From Octopus bimaculoides (taxonomy: Eukaryota), in the NCBI RefSeq assembly GCF_001194135.2, contig NC_068985.1, positions 57,084,866 to 57,148,789 of the forward strand: DNA of 63,924 nucleotides, given 5' to 3'. The position numbers and the translations under genes are program-made. Within the stretch, counting starts at the first letter, position 1, and each line of letters starts with the position of its first letter. Positions 13,689-26,900 of this stretch are shown in pieces. A model generated the notes under the pieces. That model was not told the origin of the DNA and made no database searches. It worked only from the letters and a program-made list of their open reading frames with translations.

Positions 13689-15025
13689 CTTGTTATATAT
13701 CCATATATATTGATTTTATTTACCGTACGCCAAATAGTCACTCTTTTTTTCTAGACGAAGCTATGAAGAATATTCTACAAATACCTTTAACTTTATAGAA
13801 ATCGCTGCGATTTTCCCCCAATTCACAAATTACCGTGTTAGGAAAATGAAGGACATTTCAAATACTGTATTCAAAGATATGTACGAAAGGACAATATGGT
13901 TCACTTCATCAATGAAAGCACATCAGTATTTCTATACAAGTTTCCTCTAACAGAATATAACGCGTTATACCACGCGACAGTAAATCGTGTAAATCTGTGA
14001 TCACAGCAGAAGCGAATTCAGTAAATCATTTTCTTTCTTGAAACCTTCATGCAGGAACTCTACATTGTGGTAGTTACGTACCTTTAATTGACATGGTTAA
14101 CTGTAATTTCATCAATACAGTGTACAGCATTATATTTTTTGTTCCTATGATTATGGATGTATGAGAACAAAGGAGGTTTTACAAAAACTCGCTTCCTATA
14201 AGAGTTATCAAGGCAATCTTCTCTTAAACTACACACTACTGCCAGAAAATAGGAAGGGAAAATATTAAATAACTGTACCCATCATTCAAAAGTGTATATG
14301 AATTTTGTGCTGTACTTTCGATAGTTGTTTTAGTTGCCTATGTAAGTGTAGACAATCTCGGCCCTTGAATAAGTGAAATGCAAGGATATGAGAGTAGGAA
14401 GGAGAGAGGGAGCGCGACTAGTTCTGACACTCATCTTCAGCTTATTATTGTGAAACGTAAAAACAAGTGATTCCACAATGGCACAGAACGCAGTCCACTC
14501 CTTGAAACGAATTCCTGACTTTATGGTCGTCGCTCGAAACCCTAAACAGTAATCTATATGCCTTCACATAATATACCATGTTGTAATTAAAGACAGATTT
14601 TTTAGAGTTAGTTTTCATAAGATTAAAAGTAGAAAGAAAAACGCATATGGCTTGTTGAAGCCTTACTCAGACTGGTGAAATAGACAAGCAGTTTCTTCAA
14701 GTCGAAATCGGTAGATATCTGTAAATGGATGCCAGCGTTGATAAGAAAGACACGGCAATCTCAAAACGCGGAATCTGTTCCTCATAGAGAGCAGGATTAT
14801 TCAGCTATGATTAGTAGAAGGTTCATGTCATTTATCTGACACTACCAAAGCAATATACATTGTTACGGATCCTTGTGTAGGACTATAAATACCACCATTA
14901 CAGAATCGATAGATTATACACTGGCTCAGTATTGGAGAAATGTAATCCTGTGCTATCTCCATCAAATCAGTTAGAATTGCATTTAAGTTAATAATAATAA
15001 TAATAATGATAGTAATAATAATAAC

Positions 15026-15063
<38 letters not shown>

Positions 15064-15101
15064 TAATAATAATAATAATGATAATAATAATAATATTAAT
15101 T

Positions 15102-15370
15102 AGGCCGTGGCTCTCATGGCTTCTCATCTTAACTGATTGGAAGTGTTATCGTGTACGTTGTTTGTCATTTGCTAGTCAGTTGTTTGACAAGGGGTCCCAC
15201 CTGCAAGCTCATGTACTCTTTATCTTGATATAAGCTCACCATGTCGCGCAGTTATGGTTGAGATGCATGTGCCTGGTGTACACTTATCAGACTGGTAGTC
15301 ATGATGGGTATACTGGGCTTCGTATACTTTATACCAGTGTCACTTTGATGGCATGCTTTGCTCTCTTACC
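15102..15370 (+). mobile_element. Repeat family 3 (non-coding retroposon-like), internally deleted copy
   Basis: Matches 15445-15996 but jumps from gttgtttgac to ..cccacct. Flanked by (AAT)n and (AAC)n. Confidence 0.75.
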
Positions 15371-15381
15371 CAACAACAACC

Positions 15382-15430
<49 letters not shown>

Positions 15431-15444
15431 GAATATTAATAATA

Positions 15445-15996
15445 TGCATCATGCCTTGATGCAGTACCAGGCAATGGCTTTCATGTATTTTGATCTTAAC
15501 TGATTGGAAGTGTAAACATGTACATTGTTTTATCTTGGTATAAAAGATGGGCTACAACAAATATTCTGCTCAATACCACGATTTGCATGTCAGTTGTTTG
15601 CCTTTAACCAATTGAGCATGTCTCTTAGTGGCTGACGACATGTGCATCTCTGATCACGAGCAAAAGTAGTGGGGGTGCATCATAGCCATGCGTTGAGAGG
15701 AATTCTTTGGAGTTTGAATAATTCACCTCTGGAAACATGGGTGGTTTGTTCATCATCCTTAAACAAACTTTATTTAGGGACCTTTTGAGCAAGGTGAGCT
15801 ACTCAACCTGAAGAAAATCCTAACTGGGCCCCACCTGGTGGAAGATCATGCGCTGTTTATCTTGATATGAGATCACTATGCTGCGCACATATGGTTGCGA
15901 TGCGTGTGCCTGGTGTACCCTTATCAGACGGGTAGTCATTATGTGTACATTGGGCTTCGTATATTTTACCCCAGTGTCACTATGATGACATACGCT
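15445..15996 (+). mobile_element. Repeat family 3, long copy with (AAC)n tail
   Basis: Colinear with 24440-24897 and 15102-15370. Confidence 0.8.
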
Positions 15997-16049
15997 CAAC
16001 AACAACAACAACAACAACAACAATAACAGCAACTACAATAATGATAATA

Positions 16050-16721
16050 ATCCTTTATTAGCCACAAGGGTCGACAAAAATAAGAGTGGACATTTCAAAA
16101 CATCTAAGACAAAGTAGAGTTACGTAAAATGTCATGTAAAAAGTTGATAATGAAAAACATAACAAAGAAAATGCCTAAAAGAGGGAGGCTACACAGAGCT
16201 ACACATGGAGACCTCACGAAACATGTACAAGCTGCCCGACCACTAGGGCGAAAGCCCTCTCCCCATTTTTTTCTTTTTCTCTCAGTCTTGAAAACTCAAA
16301 AGCGCATGCTCAAAGTAGAGCCGTGGACACATACCATCTTCGCCATATTAACCCACATTTCAGCAAATTTGCGGGATGTCAGCGCTTCTTTCTCAACCTT
16401 AACTTTCCTTTTCAGATGGTATCTGAAAAAGTTGATGACGGGTAGGCCAAAGAGGAAAGTATCTGCGTTCAGCCCTTTCAGTCTAAACCACCACACAACC
16501 TCTTCCGCTTCAGCCACGAGATAGATGGAAATTGCCTCCCCTTGCCGGCCAAAGGAATGCGGCGGGGCAATCCCCATGATGGAATCAATCGACAAGCAGA
16601 CAGACACGCCCTATACGTGACAGCAGATGTTCGGAATAAACCAATATATCAGATATGCTCGGGCACTGGACGAGTGTGCGAAGAACGGTTTCGTCGCTTT
16701 GCGCACATCTCAGGCAGGTCC
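16050..16721 (-). mobile_element. L1-Tx1-clade LINE 3' end (zinc-knuckle ORF2 C-terminus, 3' UTR, AATAAA)
   Basis: Minus strand reads RCAQSDETVLRTLVQC..AEEVVWWFRLKGL..INFFRYHLKRKVKVEKEAL..FAEMWVNMAKM, then a UTR ending GCTAATAAAGGATTATT. Confidence 0.8.
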
Positions 16722-17615
16722 GACTCTTCTGATGTACTCTTTCTCAATTTTCGTTTTAATTTCTAAACTTGTTACCCTGTAATATTTTAATACTCCTTGA
16801 GACTTATAACTCTGTCTTCCTTTCAATGATTTTAATGCCTGACCATCTGGTAATTGGATGCCTTCGCTGTTGACTCCCTGTCCCCTTTTCAGGACTAATA
16901 TTGTACATCTATCTATGCCACATTCGATACGTATATCATAGCTGAAGAGTCTTACAGTCTGTATTAAGGAATTTGTTGGTGCCTTTTAATGCTGGCAATC
17001 TTTTTCTTACTTCTTTACTCTTTACTTCCTGCAACTCATCTAAAATCTTCTGACCTTCCTCACTTAAATCTCTTAAGTTGCTGATACCAGTTATCCCATC
17101 CTTATTGTTAGCGCTGTTGTTATTTGTCCTTTAGATTCTTCGTTGGTTTGAGCTATATCTCTTATGGAGTTGTTTGTCTTTCCTACTGCCTGGTCTTTCT
17201 TTTCCAGTTCTTTTGTGATCTCTTCTACCTCCAATTCTGTCATCCACTTTCTTCTAATAGCATTTGCTTGATCTACTAATCTCTGCTCAGTCACTTTATA
17301 TATAATCTTCTTTACCCAAAGTGTTATCATCCGTTTTCTATAGCCCATTCTGTTAGGTTTACTTGCTAAGTAGCACTGCATCACTATCTTATTTTCTTCG
17401 CTGGTCCACTCCCTCCTCGTTGCACTATTATCTGCTGATGCTCTATTAGGATAACAGCTGTGGTTAGTCTGCATCTTTACTGAACGACTGCCGAGCGAGA
17501 GGCCTTCTCTTAATGTCTCACCTTCATTTTCGCTGTTACAGTAAGAATTTCTTCGGAACCTCCTCTCTCTCATAAACTCAGATAAGGTAACGTTCGTCAC
17601 TATCTTCATCACCAC
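16722..17615 (-). mobile_element. R4/Dong-like RLE LINE: 5' part plus RT C-terminal piece, internally deleted
   Basis: WTSEENKIVMQCYLASKP..GYRKRM..VTEQRLVDQANAIRR (N-terminus) joins at ~16970 to LIQTVRLFSYDIRIECGIDRCTILVLKRG..GIQLPDG..KEYIRRV. Confidence 0.8.
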
Positions 17616-18542
17616 TGTTATTTTTCAACATCTGAAAGTTTCAAGCAATTATTTTTCTGTTGCATCATTTGTTGCATATTTGTACTAGTGGGGGGATGCG
17701 TGCTGCATCTTTTGTGGAGGGTGGGGGTGGAATTGCTTTACTATGTTTTGTTATGGGATTTGGTTTGAGTCTTCTCTTCTATTAGTTTTTGTATTGTGTT
17801 ATTTGTTGCGCAGTTTGTGTTTTTCTGTCGGACATCCGCTCTCCATGGCACATGTGGCTTTTGTACGTATTGTTAGGTATTTCCAGTGTGAGTTTTTCTT
17901 GTATATATTTTTCTGGATTGAGAGGTATTGCTTAATAGTGTGTGCAGATCATAGATCAGCTACTTCTTAGTATTTATGATTATCTGTCCGCTGTTCTTAC
18001 TCTTTCTTCGTTGCCTTTGTTATGGGTGCCGTTTTTACAGAGTTTAGTTTTTTTAACTGAACACTACAGATGGAGATGTATTGATGTTACTTTCGTAGTT
18101 ATAATTATTATTGATGCATCAGCGAGAGAACGAGAAGAAATAACAATATGCCTATATACAGAGTTCTTGTATAAATATGGATCTATTTGTAATTAAAATG
18201 TAAAATTTAAAATTTCCCTCACAAGTTTGCAGTTTTCGTATAGAAAGGTGTTTACATTTTTCCGCACATGTTTCTGTAGCATCTGGAGGAAGCTATGTTT
18301 TGTATGTATATATATATACTCCGTATAAGCAAGATCATTTAGTTTCCTGAGATGTCTTACATTTAGACATAGTTTTCTTTCATTGTTTTTGCAGATTATT
18401 AATTTCTGCTTCGTAATGCTTTCATATTTCAGCTATCTTTCCAACAGCTCGCTGTCACACTTCCATGCTGTTTGGTATTCGCTGCGGTTTAATAATAATA
18501 ATAATAATAATGATAATAATAATAATAATGGTAATAATAATA

Positions 18543-18835
18543 ATAGAGGTAACTCGAATGTGGAATCTAAAAACAGAAACAATTCCTATCATAGTAGGTG
18601 CCTTAGGTATAATACAAAATATTCAGACAAATACATAACAAAACATCAGGACTTACAAATATATATAACATACAGAAAATTGCACTACTGGGCACTGCAC
18701 ACATCCTACGCAAAACACTTTCAATACAGTAACAATAAGAGCAACACAGCAAACCACAGCACATACCCAAGGCGCACAGAGCCGCGCTTGGTAGTGAAGT
18801 GAAAGCACGCTATAAAAATAAAACTTCTGAACAAC
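18543..18835 (+). mobile_element. R4/Dong-like LINE extreme 3' end within (AAT)n
   Basis: IEVTRMWNLKTETIPIIVGALGII..NIQKIALLGTAHILRKTLSIQ*, then a short UTR, with (AAT)n on both sides. Confidence 0.85.
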
Positions 18836-18863
18836 AATAATAATAATAATAATAATAATAATA

Positions 18864-18865
<2 letters not shown>

Positions 18866-18905
<40 letters not shown>

Positions 18906-18949
18906 TAGTTTTATTTTTATAACGTGCTTTCACTTCACTACCGAGCGCA
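18866..18949 (-). mobile_element. Second copy of the same LINE 3' end, tail-to-tail
   Basis: cagtagttttatttttataacgtgctttcacttcactaccgagcgca is the reverse complement of 18784-18829 and continues into a gap. Confidence 0.85.
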
Positions 18950-19229
18950 NNNNNNNNNNNNNNNNNNNNNNNNNNNNNNNNNNNNNNNNNNNNNNNNNNN
19001 NNNNNNNNNNNNNNNNNNNNNNNNNNNNNNNNNNNNNNNNNNNNNNNNNNNNNNNNNNNNNNNNNNNNNNNNNNNNNNNNNNNNNNNNNNNNNNNNNNNN
19101 NNNNNNNNNNNNNNNNNNNNNNNNNNNNNNNNNNNNNNNNNNNNNNNNNNNNNNNNNNNNNNNNNNNNNNNNNNNNNNNNNNNNNNNNNNNNNNNNNNNN
19201 NNNNNNNNNNNNNNNNNNNNNATGTATTA

Positions 19230-19230
19230 T

Positions 19231-19303
<73 letters not shown>

Positions 19304-20552
19304 CATTGTTATTATTGTTGCCTTTGCACAGCTTCTAACGCTGGAGATGTACTACAGTGTCAGCAGTTCACTGCCAGTAAAATAGGCAACAACCTTTATT
19401 TTTCGAGCACCTTCCGGAGTATTCGAGCGGTCCCAAGCAGTGCTGTTTTCTGCAATTACTCCACCCTTATTGCAGCCCCTATTTGTTCCACGTACTTCTC
19501 GAGATTTTTGCTCCCAGGGCTCCGACGATTATTGTTACTACTGTGACCTTTTTCATCGAACAAAACTGCTTAAATTCCCAAGCTAACCTCTCATATCTCT
19601 CGACTTTTCTTTCTTCCTTATCGCATACCTTGTTGTGGGCTGGGCATGCTGTGTCTATGATCCAGCATAGTTAGTTTTCTTTCTCAATTAAGAGTATGTC
19701 CGGCTTCCTATTCTCAATCTCATGGTCGCACTGAATCATAAAATCCCATAGGATCTTTGCATTTCTATTTTCGACAATGCCTTCAGGTTTGTGCTCGTAC
19801 CAATTTTTTGTTCTGTCAAGTCCATACTTGTTGCAAAGTGTCCAGTGGACAAGCCTGACTATATTGTTCCTTCTGGGCTAATGGCGTACGTTGGCTGGTA
19901 ATATGTCACCGTTTTGTCCACAGACTCTTCACTTTTCACTTTCTGATGTGTTGTCTATTCTGTATATTATGTAGTTTGTTTTTAGTGCCTGCTCTTGGGC
20001 AGCACAGATGAGTGCCTCCGTTTCCGGTTTTAAATGACTTTTAGTCATCCACAGCCATCATTTTTCTCTGTCTGTCTTATCTTCAACATCCGTATGAAAT
20101 TGACCATGCATTTTTTCTTTACCCACCTATTTTCAGTTCATTCGTTTTCAATTTCTTGTATAGTGCTTTATCTTTGCACTCTTTCATCCTACACACGCCT
20201 GACTTTCCTACTTCTAATAATAGCGGTTGTGTGGCATTTTTTACATACCATGCTATGTTGTTTTCTTCTGCTCTAATGCTGTGTTCACATTCAATAAGTC
20301 CTCTTCACCATTTTTTCTTGGTAGATACTTTCTGTCTGTGTCACGTTTTGGGTGAAATGACCCATATCTAGCTAGCAACTTCCTTGTCATTCTGTCTAAG
20401 CTGTTTAGTTCGTCTGCTTTCAATGCGATTACCCCTGATCCATATCTAAGGAGTGAAACTGCCCAGGTGTTGATAGCTTCGATCTTATTCCTTCCGCTTA
20501 ATTTCGACTTTAGGATCAGTCTCAGTCTGCGTAAGTACTCCACCTTTACGTT
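19230..20552 (-). mobile_element. R4/Dong-like LINE, 5'-truncated, with RT thumb, CCHC zinc finger, restriction-like endonuclease and (AAT)n tail
   Basis: EYLRRLRLILKSKLSGRNKIEAINTWAV..HPKRDTDRKYLPRK, ETEALICAAQEQAL, KCRVCG, KILWDFMIQCDHEIENRKPDILLIEK..IID, IIVGALG. Confidence 0.9.
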
Positions 20553-22559
20553 CAATGTTCAAATTCCACCAAGGTCGGCTTTATTAATCTTGTCCCTCTC
20601 GCATGGGAGACACGTTGAATACAGATATATAGGATTGTCAACCTTTGAATGATTTTATATAAACCGATTAAAAACTCAAAACTATTACATCAAAAGACTC
20701 TAAGACATTTATTGAGCAAAAATACATGCCGGAATGTAGATTGAAAATGCATTTTATTAAATATATTTTAAAGAATTACAACTCTGTATTCTTCATTAAA
20801 TATATATATTTAATGCGACAATAATATAAAGAATTGCATCGTCATATAATTACCATGAGTAGCGTAGACGCTGCTTTCCAAGGGTTTGTATAACATGCGT
20901 TTCAGCATGATGCGTATCTGAAAATATAAGTTTACTTTGAGGTACTCAACCAAAATGATATAGTTAGATATTATACAGATGCACAACTGGTTAGTGTTTC
21001 ATGTATGAATTGTTGTTGGGATGATCATTAACGTTTGTATCTTGTCATTCTTCTATATATGGATATCACATTTATAATACGCCTAGCAAGCCAAGACGAT
21101 CAAGATACTAAAATAGCATACACCCACCATTCTTAAAAACAACCTGATATGTGGTGCATTGTCTGTAAATATGATGAGGCGACCATAGGCAAAAACCCTT
21201 GATAATAGGTGAACTTAACCGTAGTTGTTCTGTCACTGACCACAAATGAGAAGTTCCCTCCTATATATATATTTCAGGTAATTGTTATCACTGTCTCTAT
21301 CCTCTTAGTCCTCCTCCACTACAAAGTATACCATTCAATAATTTCTATTTAACCCAAGGCTTAACTTAATCAAACTGGCCGCTGTTCAACATTGCTGCAA
21401 CTATCCCCTATGTTATGATCTGCCAAAAGATATACACGTCAATCTGTTTTGTAAGAAAGTTGACTGCTATTTGAAGGACTTAAAACCTATATTTTTCTTT
21501 GATATTTAAACATAATTTTATATACTTAGTAATCAATCAAAGGAGTTATTTATTTTGTATATTTTATATTTTTCTCTGCTAAAGCTAGCATCCAGAGCGG
21601 CCACACGACTCTTCTAGTCTGTTAATGAAAACAAGGATCTCTTTCAGTGACTGACACCACATATATCACAGGAAATACATTTTTTTTTTCAATTTTGGGC
21701 TTCACTAGATTTCTGTCAAATCACATTGAACATTTATTCCTCTCAGACATTGATTTCTTCAGATCTTAGAACTATTATTTGTGTATTGTATTCTGTCATC
21801 TCGCATGCCATTCACAAATGGATAGAATTCATTCTTGTCAGAATGAAATAATGTCATTCTTTGTGAGAGCATGTTTTTTGGTTTTGTTTCTGCCATTTCC
21901 AAACATAAAATTATCGATGTCATAGCATGTTCTTCTATTCAATATGTCTTTCAGCATTATATCATTAGCTATTTTCAGTTTAGAGTAGCGTCGTCCATGC
22001 CAAACTCTCATTTCATTAAAACACAAAATAGCAGTTGTTTGTTCCTTATATCATTAGTTCCTACACAGAGTAGGCTGAAATTTTTTATTCATATCAAAAA
22101 CCGTAAAATGTTTCAAATAATTCTTCTGATTTTATACATAATTCCCGGAATGATAAAATATTAATAATTCCGCTCATTAATCGATCAATGAAAAATTTCC
22201 TTGAATAACAGCAACTGACTCTATTGACTTAGGGAAAATGAAGTGCAGATCCAACCGACGGTACTTGAATTCAGAGTGCTAAAGTCATTTAAAAATTTAG
22301 TCTACGTTTCTTTTACTTCTGTGAGACTTCTATATTATTGTCATTGATAAATACAACACATTGATAAATACCACACATATACGATGCATTAAAGGTAAAA
22401 GGAGCACCGGTTGTGTTTGAAAATTAAATATCCAGATCAACAAGTAAAAGATATTTTATATACCGCTTTTATCAGCCCTGAAAAGCACCCCCAAGACTCG
22501 TTTTCAGAGGCCAAGTTTATCCGACGCAGTATCTCCTCGTCGACACTCGGACTCCACAC

Positions 22560-22700
22560 AGTCTCTTCTGCGCTTGCAGATTGAGGCAATATTAACGTGT
22601 TTCAACCTGTCAGGTATAGTCGTCTCCTGCCAACAGAAGAGAAACAGGGTGAAGATTGGATGTGAGGTAATGTTCGTCATATCCAGCATGGCTGCAGCCC
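22560..22700 (-). mobile_element. RTE-clade LINE RT fragment
   Basis: LFLFCWQETTIPDRLKHVNIASICKRRRDC resembles the RT N-terminal motif LFxxCWxxxxIPxDLRDAxIVTIYKxKGD. Confidence 0.55.
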
Positions 22701-23117
22701 AATGATTGGAACAGTAAAAGGTAAAGGATTAAATTAAACGCGCTCCCGTATATAAATAAGCTAGAATTTCTCATAACAAACAACCATAAACTAGAGAATC
22801 TGTTATGAGCTGTACGCCAATACAAGAATTGTGAAATGATTTCTGGATCGTCAGAAGCTTACATTATTTTCCTTACTCAGATCAAACTCATCGATCGACT
22901 GCTTTGTTTTTTTTATTCAGTTAGTAATTGTCTACGGGATTGTGCAATAGGTTCGTAGTTCTCTATTCTAACAAAATAAAAGTTAATAAACACATCTGAA
23001 AATAAAGTTAGATTTAGATACCGAAATGAAAGAATTAGAACAGAATTTCACATACAAGTGCTTTGGAATAAATGCAATTCATGATATACAACAGAGAACG
23101 GAAAGAACTAGAAATAA

Positions 23118-23350
23118 CAGACTACTACACAACAGTTAAACTAACAATGTTATTAAATTTCGGCACAAGGCCGGCGATTATTGAGAGAGGTAGTTGATTA
23201 CATCAACCCCAGTACTTGACTAGCACTTATTACATCGACCCCACATATTTGAAGGCAAAGTCAACCTCAGAAGAATTTGAACTCAGAAGTAAAGATAGAT
23301 GAAGTTCCACTATGCATTTTGGCCGGTATGCTAACAATTCTGCCAGATAG
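23118..23350 (-). mobile_element. SINE family 1 copy
   Basis: ggcacaaggcc..ccccagta..gaaggcaaagtcaacctc..aatttgaactcagaa..gctaacaattctgcc. Confidence 0.75.
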
Positions 23351-23377
23351 CCACATTCAGTTAGTCAGATTAATAAT

Positions 23378-23501
23378 CCTTTTTACGATAGGCCGAAGGT
23401 TTCAAATTTGGGGGAGTGGAATAGTCGACTCCAGTATTTAACTGGTACTTAATTTATCGATCCCGAAAGGATGAAAGGCAAAGTCGACCTCGGTGGAAGT
23501 C
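23378..23501 (-). mobile_element. 5'-truncated SINE family 1 copy with 15-bp TSD
   Basis: agtcagattaataat at 23363-23377 and 23502-23516 flanks the copy. Confidence 0.8.
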
Positions 23502-24439
23502 AGTCAGATTAATAATGACGGACAAATCTGTGTATCTGAAATAATATTAAGTGCACTACTCATCATTTTATTCATAACCAGCAACTTCAGTATAATAATT
23601 GAAAAGTGAAATGAAATGCTTTGATTAGGAAACTAGAAAACCACTTACTGCATTTGGATCCGCCACCTTCAAACTGCTATACGTATGATACGCAATCATG
23701 TTTGGGCAGCGCCTTCATTGGTTTAACTGAATAAATAATCGCAGGTACATCTTTGTTTTTCAAGCCTGGTACGTTTTCTGTTCGTCTATATTGCCGAAAC
23801 GTTAGATTTCAGGGATGAAAACAAACCAGCACTGTTTATGAAGTGGTGGTCGTGACAAACACTAACAGAAACACACACACACACATCATATGTGTGTGTG
23901 TGTCCGTCGAGCTTCCACACACTTTCCGTGTACTTCACAGAAAAGAAGCGGTTGAGGTCTGATTCCAGTAGTTAACTATTACAAAATAAATAGTTTCAGA
24001 TAATGTTTTAAAAAGAATGAGAGAGATGTATGAAGTAAAATATTTATTCTATATATAAAGATCAATAGTTTTTATGCTTAGAGCTAAATACATCAAGGTA
24101 AGTCATGTGGAGGGAGACAAAACAAACAAGTAAAGATTATACAAAACAACTGAAGAAAGTTTCAAGAATATCGCAAAAGGCAAAAATGAAGCGAGAAAAA
24201 ATCTCTCCATTTGTAGACGAGTGTAAAAACTTGACAGAGAATGAATGAAGTAATATGAAATCAGGAATTCCATGATAGTTCCTGACCAAAGGCAAAATCG
24301 GAAGGTTTTGTTCGATGTAAAAGATCAATATTTAGGAAATATTATCATAGAACGAGAGGTTAACAATAATTACGTAATCAACAGCAAGACAAAATGGAAT
24401 ATACGATATCTAATTAGCTCATTCTATCAAAGATCGTCT

Positions 24440-24910
24440 ACAGCAAATATTTTCTTCAATACTACAGATTTGCTTGTCACTTGTTTGACCTTAACCAATT
24501 GAGCATGTCCCTTGGTGGATGACGATATGTGCATCTCTGATCATGAGCAGAAGTAGTGGGAGAGCATCATAGCCATGTGTTGAGAGGAATTCTTTGGGGT
24601 TTCAATAATTCACCTTTGGAAACATGGGTATTTTACTCAACATCTTTAAGCAAACCTTATTCAGGGACGTTTTGAGCGGGATGGGCGACTCGATCTGAAG
24701 GAAATTCTAACAACTGGGCCCCACCTGCAAGGTCATGCGCTGTTTATCTTGATATGAGATCACAATATCGCGCATATATAGTTGTAATGCATGTGCCTGG
24801 TGTACCCTTATCAAACGGGTAGTCATGATGGGTATATTGGGCTTCGTATATTTTACCCCAGTGTCACTTTGATGGCATGCACTGCTCTCTCACTCAATAA
24901 TAATAATAAT
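24440..24910 (+). mobile_element. Repeat family 3 copy with (AAT)n tail
   Basis: Colinear with 15560-15996. Confidence 0.8.
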
Positions 24911-24929
24911 ATTTTTTTTTTTTTTAAAG

Positions 24930-25085
24930 TTTCAGCTTAGAGCTGCGGCCATGCTGATGCACCACCGTGAATTTACGACAGGCTTCTTTCAGTTTCCGTC
25001 TACCAAATTCACTCACAAGGCTTTGGTCGGCCCGAGGCTATAGTAGAAGACACTTGCCCAAGATGCCACACAGCCACTCCTACGC
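24930..25085 (-). mobile_element. tRNA-derived SINE family 4 fragment
   Basis: ttctttcagtttccgtctaccaaat..caaggctttggtcggcc.gagg.tatagtagaag..cccaag is shared with 41625-41768. Confidence 0.8.
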
Positions 25086-25104
25086 CTATGTGTGTGTGTG
25101 TGTG

Positions 25105-25123
25105 TGATAATAATAATAACAAG

Positions 25124-25197
<74 letters not shown>
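25105..25197. repeat. (AAT)n microsatellite
   Basis: Trinucleotide run. Confidence 0.95.
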
Positions 25198-25198
<1 letters not shown>

Positions 25199-25734
25199 GC
25201 ATACGATGATACCACAGTCCTGGATATTAAAATTAATGGAAACCCTCTGCCGCCTACCTTTTTGGTAGGTATAGAGTGCCAGTAATATTTTTAGGCGATA
25301 TGCTTTGTGCATTATGAGCTGCTTTCTGTAACTTGACTTTTGTCCATTTTAGAAAAAGTGAAGTGTATTTTTATACTGCTATAATCCATGTAATTCTTAC
25401 CTTAATGATATTCCCTTCTTATAATTTTGTTGAGAGCGCCTTTCTAATTCTCGCCTTGTACTTTTTGAAATTGGAAATTTATGTCCGGTTCTCCTTCCCT
25501 TGTCTTATCCCCCGCTTCCTTGTCTTATCCCCTAGGTATTTGCAGCCGTCTTTATTCCAAAGCGATCTAATGCTGTCTAATGTTATGATCCATAGTTATT
25601 ACTGCGCACTTAACGTCAAATAATTTTAGCTGCAGTCAAATATTTTTCTTGAATACTCTTAGTTTGAATGAAAGAGTCGATGGCTTTTCTATTTTTGTAT
25701 ATAATTTTGAGGTCATTCATGTAAAGCAGTTATT

Positions 25735-25780
<46 letters not shown>

Positions 25781-26643
25781 CTATATGTATGTATGTATTA
25801 TATACATGTGTTTGTGTAATGTATATTATGTATATATTCGTGTGTATGAATGTATGTGTATATATGTTTAACATCAGTATGTAGGAGACGCTCCCTCAAG
25901 TTGCCAGGGACTGAACAGGGAACCTTGTGGATGAGAAGCAAACTTGTTACTATGCTAGCACCTCTCCCTCTCNNNNNNNNNNNNNNNNNNNNNNNNNNNN
26001 NNNNNNNNNNNNNNNNNNNNNNNNNNNNNNNNNNNNNNNNNNNNNNNNNNNNNNNNNNNNNNNNNNNNNNNNNNNNNNNNNNNNNNNNNNNNNNNNNNNN
26101 NNNNNNNNNNNNNNNNNNNNNNNNNNNNNNNNNNNNNNNNNNNNNNNNNNNNNNNNNNNNNNNNNNNNNNNNNNNNNNNNNNNNNNNNNNNNNNNNNNNN
26201 NNNNNNNNNNNNNNNNNNNNNNNNNNNNNNNNNNNNNNNNNNNNNNNNNNNNNNNNNNNNNNNNNNNNNNNNNNNNNNNNNNNNNNNNNNNNNNNNNNNN
26301 NNNNNNNNNNNNNNNNNNNNNNNNNNNNNNNNNNNNNNNNNNNNNNNNNNNNNNNNNNNNNNNNNNNNNNNNNNNNNNNNNNNNNNNNNNNNNNNNNNNN
26401 NNNNNNNNNNNNNNNNNNNNNNNNNNNNNNNNNNNNNNNNNNNNNNNNNNNNNNNNNNNNNNNNNNNNNNNNNNNNNNNNNNNNNNNNNNNNNNNNNNNN
26501 NNNNNNNNNNNNNNNNNNNNNNNNNNNNNNNNNNNNNNNNNNNNNNNNNNNNNNNNNNNNNNNNNNNNNNNNNNNNNNNNNNNNNNNNNNNNNNNNNNNN
26601 NNNNNNNNNNNNNNNNNNNNNNNNNNNNNNNNNNNNNNNNNNN

Positions 26644-26900
26644 CTACAGACAACGGAACGAACACATAGGAAAACGGAAAGCCACTTGGAATATCCCTTC
26701 ATCAGCTGTCTCTATTCTATCTAGACGTTTCGAAGACAAGACAGAACGTACTCTAGAATAGTCTCTTCCTGAGTAGTGGATCAACCCACTACACAGAGGA
26801 TTCCAAGGTGGCAAACACAAACCAAGAGAGGAAAAAATGGACAGTGAAAACAACATTCAAAAGCCGTACGGCCAAACGCAAATCTGAGGTAGAACGCTAG
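26644..26900 (-). mobile_element. Repeat family Y fragment (CTGATGAAGG-containing, probably Penelope pLTR-like)
   Basis: cagctgatgaaggga.. motif is shared with 56380-56400 and 57380-57395. A degenerate hammerhead-like fold lies at 26721-26778. Confidence 0.5.

Noticed and set aside
14395-14445. CTGAAGA TGA GTG TCA GAACTAGTC on the minus strand
   Set aside because: One core A is missing and there is no stem I.
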